A program made the translations under genes and the position numbers. Of a DNA stretch of 49,611 bases, positions 34,709 through 41,492 are shown in pieces. The stretch is from Actinomycetota bacterium (lineage in GTDB: Bacteria; Actinomycetota; Acidimicrobiia; Acidimicrobiales; CADCSY01): the NCBI GenBank assembly GCA_019348555.1, contig JAHWJH010000002.1, forward strand, positions 1 through 49,611. The letters are read 5' to 3'. The first letter of the stretch is position 1. The number at the start of each line of letters is the position of its first letter. The notes beneath the pieces are model-generated. The model worked only from the letters and a program-made list of their open reading frames with translations. It did no database searches and had not been told where the DNA came from.

Positions 34709-35560
34709 ATGGGCTCGGACACCGAGGCGCTGACGCGGGACATCCGGCGGGCCCGTGCCGATCTGGCCACCACCCTCGAGGCCGTGGGCGACCGGATCGC
34801 CCCCAAGAAGGTGGTGGCGAGGGCCAAGGCCGACGTCGCCGAGCGGGTCGAGAACGTCCGCGAGCGAGTGAGCCCCACCCGCATGCTCGAGCGGCGGACC
34901 GAGGGGCTTCGTTCGGCCGTCGGCAACATCCAGGGTTTCGTGACCGAGAGGAAGGAAGACGTGGCCAGGAGCGACGGGTCGGAGCAAGGTCGGCTGCCGC
35001 AGCTGACCGGGACCGTGCGAGCACAGTCTCGGCGCCTGGCAGAGCGCACCGGCGATGTGACCGGCACGGTTGCCGGTGGCGCGCGGCGGGCGCCGGTCAG
35101 CCTTCGGGACCAGGCCGGCGACCATCCCTTCGTCGCCGGCCTCGTGGCTCTGGGGGGAGGCGCCCTGCTGGCCTCCCTGGTGGCGCCGTCGGACCGTGAG
35201 CGAAAGCTCGCCAGGCAGGTCAAGGAGAACGCGCAGCCGGTGAAGGACCAGGCCATCGAGGCCGGACGAAGCGTCGCCGACGAGATGCAACAGGCCGCCC
35301 AGGACCGTACCGAGCAGGTCAAGAAGCAGGCCCGCAAGGCAGCCGGAGAGGTCAAGCAGCAAGCCAGCGCCTCGACGCAGCGCACCAAGGGCCAGGCCAA
35401 GAAGGCGGCAACCCAGGTGAAGCGTCAGACCAAGGCGGCGACCAGCCAGGTCAAGGCCGAGGCAAAGCGCCCCTCGACCTCCGCCCCGGCCAGGACGACG
35501 ACCAAGGCGAAGGCCGGGCGGTCGGCGCCGGCGAAGAAGGTCGTCGCCCCCCGCCGTTGA
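34709..35560 (+). CDS. DUF3618 domain protein with a Lys/Ala/Gln-rich C-terminal tail
   Basis: 283 aa. TEALTRDIRRARADLATTLEAVGDRIAPKKV is the DUF3618 signature. It has a central helix (FVAGLVALGGGALLASLV) and a basic repetitive tail (KKQARKAAGEVKQQA...KKAATQVKRQTKAATSQVK). Confidence 0.7.
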   Translation: MGSDTEALTRDIRRARADLATTLEAVGDRIAPKKVVARAKADVAERVENVRERVSPTRMLERRTEGLRSAVGNIQGFVTERKEDVARSDGSEQGRLPQLTGTVRAQSRRLAERTGDVTGTVAGGARRAPVSLRDQAGDHPFVAGLVALGGGALLASLVAPSDRERKLARQVKENAQPVKDQAIEAGRSVADEMQQAAQDRTEQVKKQARKAAGEVKQQASASTQRTKGQAKKAATQVKRQTKAATSQVKAEAKRPSTSAPARTTTKAKAGRSAPAKKVVAPRR

Positions 35561-35606
35561 AGCACGACATCACCCACAGCAGACCCCACTACGACAGGAG
35601 CGACAG

Positions 35607-36365
35607 ATGCCCCAGCTCAGCTTCGAAGACGTCCAGCCCATGATCGACGCCAACCTCCTCGACGCCGAAGGCAGCAAGGTGGGCAAGATCGAGGACATCT
35701 ACCTCGACAACGACACCCAGGAGCCGGCATGGGCCCTGGTCCACACCGGCCTGTTGGGCCGCAAGCTCAACTACGTCCCGCTCAAGGGGGCCAGCGTCTC
35801 CGGCGACTCCCTGCAAGCTGCCTACCCCGAGGCCCAGATCAAGGACGCCCCCAGCATCGATCCCGACGTGGAGATCACCCCCGAGGAGGAGGCGCAGCTC
35901 TACCGGCACTACGGCGTGGATGCCGAGCCCCGGGTCCTGCACGCCGGTGACGTCGAGGCGGCGGCTGAACCCGACACCGGGCACGACACCAGCGGTCCCA
36001 CCACCGACGACGCCATGACCCGCTCCGAGGAGCAGCTGCAGGTCGGCACCGTGCGCCGACCCTCCTCGCTCGTGCGGCTGAAGAAGTACATCGTGACCGA
36101 GAACGTCCAGATGACCGTTCCGGTCCAGCGTGAGGAGGTCCGGGTGGTGCGTGAGCCGGTCACCGACGCCAACGTCGGCGCGGCGACGTCCGGACCGGAC
36201 CTCTCGGAGGAAGAGCACGAGATGACCCTGATGGAGGAGCAGGTGGTGGTCGACAAGCAGGTCGTTCCCAAGGAGCGGGTGCGCCTCGACAAGAGCGTCA
36301 ACGTCGACGAGGAGGTCGTCTCCGAGGAGGTGCGCAAGGAGCAGATCGACCTTGAGCAGCAGTAG
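35607..36365 (+). CDS. PRC-barrel plus DUF2382 (YsnF/AvaK-like) stress-response protein
   Basis: 252 aa. GSKVGKIEDIYLDNDTQEPAWALV (PRC barrel) and EEQLQVGTV...VRLKKYIVTENVQMTVPVQREEVRVVREP...EEQVVVDKQVVPKERVRL (DUF2382 repeats). AGGAG lies upstream. Confidence 0.75.
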   Translation: MPQLSFEDVQPMIDANLLDAEGSKVGKIEDIYLDNDTQEPAWALVHTGLLGRKLNYVPLKGASVSGDSLQAAYPEAQIKDAPSIDPDVEITPEEEAQLYRHYGVDAEPRVLHAGDVEAAAEPDTGHDTSGPTTDDAMTRSEEQLQVGTVRRPSSLVRLKKYIVTENVQMTVPVQREEVRVVREPVTDANVGAATSGPDLSEEEHEMTLMEEQVVVDKQVVPKERVRLDKSVNVDEEVVSEEVRKEQIDLEQQ

Positions 36366-36439
36366 GCCTGCCACCCCGCCGGAAGCCTCCTCTCCGTCGA
36401 CGCCCGTCGACCGCGAGCTTCCGTGGAGGAGGTGTCCCG

Positions 36440-36877
36440 ATGGTGCGGCTGGGCATCGCCGAGGCGAACTCGCGCTGTCTGGTGACCGTCCAGGGTGAGC
36501 TGAATCGACACGCCGGCCAGTGGTTGCGGGAGCATCTGGTGGCCCTCGCCACGCGCGGGTGCCGGCAGGTCCTGGTCGACCTGAGGGAGACGACGTTCAT
36601 CGACTCATCGGGACTGAGCGTCCTGATCGGGGCCATGGAGGGTATGGAGGACCTCGGGGGGCAGCTCGTCCTGCGGGCTCCGCCCGCCGGGGTCTACGAG
36701 GAGGGTCGAGTGCGCAGGCTCGGGGAGCTCATGGCCATCGTCGACGATGCCGTCGACGAGGCCGCGGCCATCGAGCGGTTGAGCACGTTGTTCACGGCCG
36801 GAGACCTCGAAGAACCGGGGACCGACGTGCAGAACTGGATCTACCGGGATGGAGGAGCATCCGTCGAGCCGGGATGA
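36440..36877 (+). CDS. STAS-domain protein (anti-sigma-factor antagonist-like)
   Basis: 145 aa. LVTVQGELNRHAGQWLREHL, VLVDLRETTFIDSSGLSVLIGA. GGAGGAGG lies upstream. Confidence 0.75.
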   Translation: MVRLGIAEANSRCLVTVQGELNRHAGQWLREHLVALATRGCRQVLVDLRETTFIDSSGLSVLIGAMEGMEDLGGQLVLRAPPAGVYEEGRVRRLGELMAIVDDAVDEAAAIERLSTLFTAGDLEEPGTDVQNWIYRDGGASVEPG

Positions 36878-36910
36878 ACCAACACCAAACCGAAGCGGAG
36901 AGGGGGAGGC

Positions 36911-37969
36911 GTGCCCGAGAGCGATGAGGAATGGCGCAGGCGCTGGGCCGAGATGATCGAGCGAGAGGGCGGGGACACCCGAGTGATCGGTCACCCGCAA
37001 CAGGTTCCGGAGTCGAGCGATGGCGGTGACGCCGAGCACCGCGCCCCGGAGAAGCCGACGGATCTGCAGAAGCCGGCGTTGGGAGGCGTCCTGAAGCGCA
37101 CGGCGCGGGAGTTCAAGGAGGACAACGTCACCGACTGGGCGGCGGCGCTCACCTATTACGGCGTGCTCGCCATCTTCCCGGCCCTCCTCGCCCTCGTCTC
37201 GGTGGTGGGGCTCCTGGGCCAGTCCGCCACCCAGGTGCTCATCGACAATCTCGGGAAGGTGGCGCCGGGCCCGGCGAAGGAGATCTTCACCACCGCCATC
37301 GAGAACCTGCAGCAGAGCCAGGGTGCGGCGGGGGTCCTCTTCGTCGTCGGCCTCGCCGCCGCACTGTGGTCGGCGTCCGGCTATGTCGCCGCCTTCATGC
37401 GCGCCTCGAACGCCATCTACGACGTCGAAGAGGGGAGGCCGTTCTGGAAGACCGGTCCGGTTCGACTGGGCGTGACGCTGGTCATGCTCGTGTTGCTGGC
37501 GATCAGCGCCCTTGCCGTGGTGCTCACCGGGGGGCTGGCTGACCAGGTGGGCCGACTGCTCGGCCTCGGTACGACGGTGGTCACCGTCTGGGATGTCGCC
37601 AAGTGGCCGGTGCTGCTGGTGATCGTCAGCCTGATGTTCGCCATCTTGTACTGGGCCTCGCCCAACGTCAGGCAGCCGGGCTTCCGCTGGCTCAGCCCCG
37701 GCGGTCTGCTGGCGGTGGTCGTGTGGTTGCTCGCTTCGGCGGCGTTCGCCTTCTACGTCGCCAACTTCGGCTCCTACAACAAGACCTATGGCGCGCTCGG
37801 CGGCGTGATCGTGTTCCTGGTATGGCTGTGGATCTCCAACATCGCCGTGCTCCTCGGCGCGGAGTTCAATGCCGAGCTCGAGCGAGGGCGCCAGATCGAG
37901 GCGGGCCACCCAGCGGATCAAGAGCCGTTCCTCGAGCCGCGCGACACCCGGAAGATGAATCGAGGATGA
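36911..37969 (+). CDS. YihY/BrkB family membrane protein
   Basis: 352 aa. LKRTAREFKEDNVTDWAAALTYYGVLAIFPALLALVSVVGLL, YGALGGVIVFLVWLWISNIAVLLGAEFNAE. Confidence 0.85.
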   Translation: MPESDEEWRRRWAEMIEREGGDTRVIGHPQQVPESSDGGDAEHRAPEKPTDLQKPALGGVLKRTAREFKEDNVTDWAAALTYYGVLAIFPALLALVSVVGLLGQSATQVLIDNLGKVAPGPAKEIFTTAIENLQQSQGAAGVLFVVGLAAALWSASGYVAAFMRASNAIYDVEEGRPFWKTGPVRLGVTLVMLVLLAISALAVVLTGGLADQVGRLLGLGTTVVTVWDVAKWPVLLVIVSLMFAILYWASPNVRQPGFRWLSPGGLLAVVVWLLASAAFAFYVANFGSYNKTYGALGGVIVFLVWLWISNIAVLLGAEFNAELERGRQIEAGHPADQEPFLEPRDTRKMNRG

Positions 37970-38039
37970 GCAACTCGTCCTCCCAACACACCAACATGCC
38001 CAGCTCGATGAGCGGGTCATCTCGCTATGGAGGTCAACA

Positions 38040-38828
38040 ATGAGTCTCGTCGCAGCAGTGGAGCTGAGCCGTGGCATCGAAGAGGCATGGGCCAACGTGG
38101 CGGCTTTTTTTCCGAAGTTCGTCGCGTTCCTCCTCATTCTGGTCGTCGGCATCTTCATCGCCAAGGCCCTGGCCAAAGCAGCCGACAAAATCCTCGAGCG
38201 GGTCGGATTCGACCAGGCGGTCGAGCGAGGCGGTGTAAAGCAGGCATTGTCGAAGTCGCAGTACGACGCCAGTGACATCGTCGGCAAGATCATCTACTAC
38301 GCCTTGGTCCTCTTCGTGCTCCAGTTCGCATTCGGCGTCTTCGGGCCCAACCCGGTTTCGGACCTGATCACCGGCGTGATCGGCTTTCTCCCCAGGGTCT
38401 TTGCCGCCATCGTCATCGTGGTGGTAGGCGCTGCCATCGCCGCTGCGGTGAAGGAGTTGCTCGAAGCGGCCCTCGGCGGTCTCAGCTATGGCAAGGCGCT
38501 CGCCGTGTCGGCCTCGGTCGCCATCCTCACCGTGGCCGGCTTCGCCGCCCTGAGCCAGCTCCGGATCGCCCCGGCCATCGTGAACGGTCTGTTCTATGCC
38601 TTGCTGGCCATCGTGGTCGGCTCGGCCGTCATCGCCATCGGCGGCGGTGGCATCCAGCCCATGCGCAGCAAGTGGGAACAGGCCCTGGGGAAGCTCGAGG
38701 AGGAGTCGCAGGCCGTGCGCCGGGAGAGCGCAGGAGCCGGTGAACGCATCCAAGGGCGGATGGAGCAGCGCACGTCGCAGCTCAGCACCTCCGAGGGCAC
38801 TTCCGAGCGACCACTTCGAGCTCAGTAG
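38040..38828 (+). CDS. Membrane protein with repeated 'conserved TM helix' motifs (PF05552-like)
   Basis: 262 aa. The ATG follows GGAGG. Four helix repeats (FVAFLLILVVGIFIAKALAKAA, IIYYALVLFVLQFAF, VFAAIVIVVVGAAIAAAVKELL, LLAIVVGSAVIAIGGG) and a polar tail. G+C is visibly lower than in neighbouring genes. Confidence 0.65.
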   Translation: MSLVAAVELSRGIEEAWANVAAFFPKFVAFLLILVVGIFIAKALAKAADKILERVGFDQAVERGGVKQALSKSQYDASDIVGKIIYYALVLFVLQFAFGVFGPNPVSDLITGVIGFLPRVFAAIVIVVVGAAIAAAVKELLEAALGGLSYGKALAVSASVAILTVAGFAALSQLRIAPAIVNGLFYALLAIVVGSAVIAIGGGGIQPMRSKWEQALGKLEEESQAVRRESAGAGERIQGRMEQRTSQLSTSEGTSERPLRAQ

Positions 38829-38831
38829 TCA

Positions 38832-38897
38832 GCCGGTGCACGGCGAAGGTGCCAGACGATGAGCGACACGGTGAAGGAACGACGCCGTGCAGCCGGC
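38832..38897 (+). other. Long-stem hairpin between the TM-helix gene and ppm1
   Basis: GCCGGTGCACGGCG (38832-45) pairs with CGCCGTGCAGCCGGC (38883-97): 14 bp with one bulged G and a 37-nt loop. It may be a terminator or attenuator; this is not proven. Confidence 0.3.
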
Positions 38898-38926
38898 GCG
38901 ACCGCGGCACCGTCGCATGCGGTGCG

Positions 38927-39781
38927 GTGAGACGCACCCTGGTCGTCCTGCCGACCTACCTCGAGGCCGACAACCTGGAGGAGGTCCTCCGGCGACTGCG
39001 GGCGGCGGTACCGGCTGCCGACGTGTTGGTGATCGACGACTCGAGCCCCGACGGCACCGCCCAGGTGGCGAAGGCGGTGGGCGAAGAGCTCGGCCGGGTG
39101 GAAGTGTGGGTCAGGCCGGGGAAGGCGGGGCTCGGGAGCGCCTACCGGGACGGCTTCCGGCAGGGCCTGACCCGGGGCTACGAGGTGTTGGTGGAGATGG
39201 ACAGCGACCTCTCGCACGACCCGGCGGCACTGCCGGCACTGATCGCCGCCATCGACCAGGGGGCGGCACTGGTGATCGGCTCCCGGTACGTCCCCGGAGG
39301 GCGCATCCCGAACTGGTCGCTCTACCGGCGGTTGCTGTCTCGCTTCGGGAACCGCTACGCCGCCCGACTGTTGCGCCTCGACGTGGCCGACGCCACCTCG
39401 GGCTTTCGCGCCTACGACGGCGCCACCCTCGGCCGGCTCGACCTCAGCGCCGTCCGGGCGGACGGCTACGGCTTCCAGATCGAGATGGCCCATCGGATCT
39501 CCCGCCTCGGCGGTGGGGTGGTCGAGCTGCCCATCGACTTCGTCGAGCGCCATCGTGGGACCTCCAAGATGTCGTTGCCGATCGTGATCGAGGCGTTCGT
39601 GCTGGTCACCCGCCGTGGGCTGGGCCAGCGGCTGCAGAGCGTCGTGCGGGCGATCAGTCGCACGACTCCACGAGCTGCCTTCGGCCGCCGGGTGACGCCG
39701 GTAGGTGCAGATCGCGTACAGTGCAGCGGTACCGGAAACGTCCCTCTACACCTTTCAGGAAAGGACGCACCTCTACGATGA
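38927..39781 (+). CDS. ppm1: Polyprenol-monophosphomannose synthase (GT2, Ppm1/DPM1-like)
   Basis: GTG at 38927 (VRRTLVVLPTYLEADN); the track ORF starts at 38849. VIDDSSPDGT, EMDSDLSHDP, GSRYVPGG, TSGFRAY. The last 25 codons or so run through DNA homologous to the non-coding leader of the second lipoprotein copy. Confidence 0.85.
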   Translation: MRRTLVVLPTYLEADNLEEVLRRLRAAVPAADVLVIDDSSPDGTAQVAKAVGEELGRVEVWVRPGKAGLGSAYRDGFRQGLTRGYEVLVEMDSDLSHDPAALPALIAAIDQGAALVIGSRYVPGGRIPNWSLYRRLLSRFGNRYAARLLRLDVADATSGFRAYDGATLGRLDLSAVRADGYGFQIEMAHRISRLGGGVVELPIDFVERHRGTSKMSLPIVIEAFVLVTRRGLGQRLQSVVRAISRTTPRAAFGRRVTPVGADRVQCSGTGNVPLHLSGKDAPLR

Positions 39782-40035
39782 ACTCCCTTTGGAAGAAGGC
39801 CGCCGTAGGACTGATCGTCACCGGATTCTCGCTCGGAGCCACTGCCTGCGACGGTGACGGGGAAGGCACGGTGGAGGTGACCGAGACCGAGTTGGAGACC
39901 GAGCTCGAGATCGAGACCGAGACCGAGACCCAGACCCTCGAGCCGACCGAGACCGAGACCGAGACCGAGACCGAAGAGGTCGCCACCGAGACCGGCACCA
40001 TCACCGAGACAGAAACCGAGTTCCAGCCTCGGTAG
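39778..40035 (+). CDS. 85-aa lipoprotein with a highly acidic Thr/Glu-repeat mature region (copy 1)
   Basis: The ATG at 39778 overlaps the ppm1 stop (ATGA). The signal peptide and lipobox are MNSLWKKAAVGLIVTGFSLGATAC. The mature 61 aa contain 21 Glu, 2 Asp, 19 Thr and one basic residue (hand count): ...TETELETELEIETETETQTLEPTETETETETEE... Confidence 0.75.
   Translation: MNSLWKKAAVGLIVTGFSLGATACDGDGEGTVEVTETELETELEIETETETQTLEPTETETETETEEVATETGTITETETEFQPR
39946..39969 (+). repeat. In-frame hexanucleotide tandem repeat (ACCGAG)x4 inside lipoprotein gene copy 1
   Basis: Four perfect ACCGAG units, followed by the degenerate unit ACCGAA. They encode TETETETE. Further degenerate GAGACC units span about 39880-40020. 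Confidence 0.9.
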
Positions 40036-40169
40036 ATCGGTCCGCCGGCGCGGCGACCAGCCCCTCCTCCACTGCGGCCGTCCCCGGCGGGTCCACCACG
40101 GGTGCGCCGGACGGGGCTGAAGGCGGGCCCGCCCGGCGCTCGCATCGGAATGGCGGGTCCCGCCTCGGG

Positions 40170-41492
40170 TTGCTCGTGCCCGTGGCCCTCATCGTCATCG
40201 CCGCCTGTCTGCGCTTCGTCAACCTCGCCGAGCCACCCCGCCTCTACTTCGACGAGGTCTTCTACGCCAACGACGCCCGGTCCATGCTGGAGACCGGGGT
40301 GGAGGTGGATCGCCCGGCTCATCCCCCCGTCGGGAAGTGGCTCATCGCCGTCGGCATCGCCGTCATCGGCTTCGAGCCCCTGGGCTGGCGGTTGGCGAGC
40401 GCCACCGCCGGCACGCTGACGGTCCTCGTCACCTACTTCGCCGCATGGCGGTTGTTCCGCTGCCGGTGGCCGGCGGCGCTGGCGGCGCTGCTCGTCGCAT
40501 TCGACGGACTGGCGCTGACCATGAGCAGGATCGCCATGCTCGACGTCTTCGTGGGGCTGTTCATCGTCACCGGCTTCTGGCTCGTCGCCGTGGCGCTCGA
40601 CGACCGGCGATCGCCAGGTCGCTGTCTGGCCCTCGCCGGCATTGCCTTCGGGCTGGGCGTCGCCACCAAGTGGTCGGCGGTCTTCGCCCTGGTCACGGCC
40701 CTCGCCGTGGTCCTCGTGTCGCAGCTCCGGCAGGCCCGACGTAACCGCGCCGGAGGGCGTGCGATGGCCCGCGGCGTGGGTGTGGCGGCACTGTGCCTGG
40801 GGGTGCTGCCCATCGCCGTCTATGTGCTCGGCTACACGGGTTGGTTCGCCAACTACCACCACTCCGACGCCGGCCGTGACCGGTGCCCGGAGGGAGGCTG
40901 TGACGTCGGGATGACCGAGCGGGCACGGGTGTGGTGGGAGGAGCAGCTCGAGCTGGTGGACTACCACCAGCGCTTGCCGACGACGCATCCCTACCGCTCC
41001 TCGGCCACCACCTGGCCGCTGATGACCCGCCCGGTCCTGTACTACTTCGAGCGCTGCACGAACGAGCAGGTCCAAGCCGGTGAGCCCTGTGCCGTCGGCG
41101 TGGGCAACCGAGCCAAGATCCTGGGCCTCGGCAACCCCGTGGTGTGGTGGACCGGCCTCCTCGCCTACCCGGTGGTCGCCTGGTCGGCGCTCGTCCGCCG
41201 CCGCCGCTCCGCGCTCGCCCTCCTGGTGTTCCTCCTCGGCCAGTACGTGCCGTGGCTGCTGGTCGGCAAGGACGGCTACTTCTTCTATGCCACGCCTCTC
41301 GTCCCTTTCGTGGCCATGAGCGTCGCCCATCTCTGCATCCGGGCGGACGCGTCGAGGCGACTGCGGTGGTTGCCGGGCGGAGTCGCCGGGCTGGCTCTGG
41401 TGGCGCTCGTGTACTTCCTGCCAATCTGGTCAGGCGTCGAGCTGCCCCGGTCGGTGCTCGAAGCGCGCATGTGGCTGGACTCTTGGCGCTGA
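40170..41492 (+). CDS. pmt: Protein O-mannosyltransferase (GT39, actinobacterial Pmt)
   Basis: 440 aa. YFDEVFYANDA (DE motif in loop 1), HPPVGKWLIAVG, GWRLASA, ATKWSA and HPYRSSATTWPLM. The start is uncertain (TTG at 40170, GTG at 40176 or 40182). Confidence 0.85.
   Translation: MLVPVALIVIAACLRFVNLAEPPRLYFDEVFYANDARSMLETGVEVDRPAHPPVGKWLIAVGIAVIGFEPLGWRLASATAGTLTVLVTYFAAWRLFRCRWPAALAALLVAFDGLALTMSRIAMLDVFVGLFIVTGFWLVAVALDDRRSPGRCLALAGIAFGLGVATKWSAVFALVTALAVVLVSQLRQARRNRAGGRAMARGVGVAALCLGVLPIAVYVLGYTGWFANYHHSDAGRDRCPEGGCDVGMTERARVWWEEQLELVDYHQRLPTTHPYRSSATTWPLMTRPVLYYFERCTNEQVQAGEPCAVGVGNRAKILGLGNPVVWWTGLLAYPVVAWSALVRRRRSALALLVFLLGQYVPWLLVGKDGYFFYATPLVPFVAMSVAHLCIRADASRRLRWLPGGVAGLALVALVYFLPIWSGVELPRSVLEARMWLDSWR

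Noticed and set aside
39880-40020. Tandem repeats in the lipoprotein genes, considered as a CRISPR array or a non-coding microsatellite.
   Set aside because: The unit is only 6 nt, there are no spacers, and the array is in frame inside an ORF with a good signal peptide and lipobox. The same ORF is conserved in a second copy.
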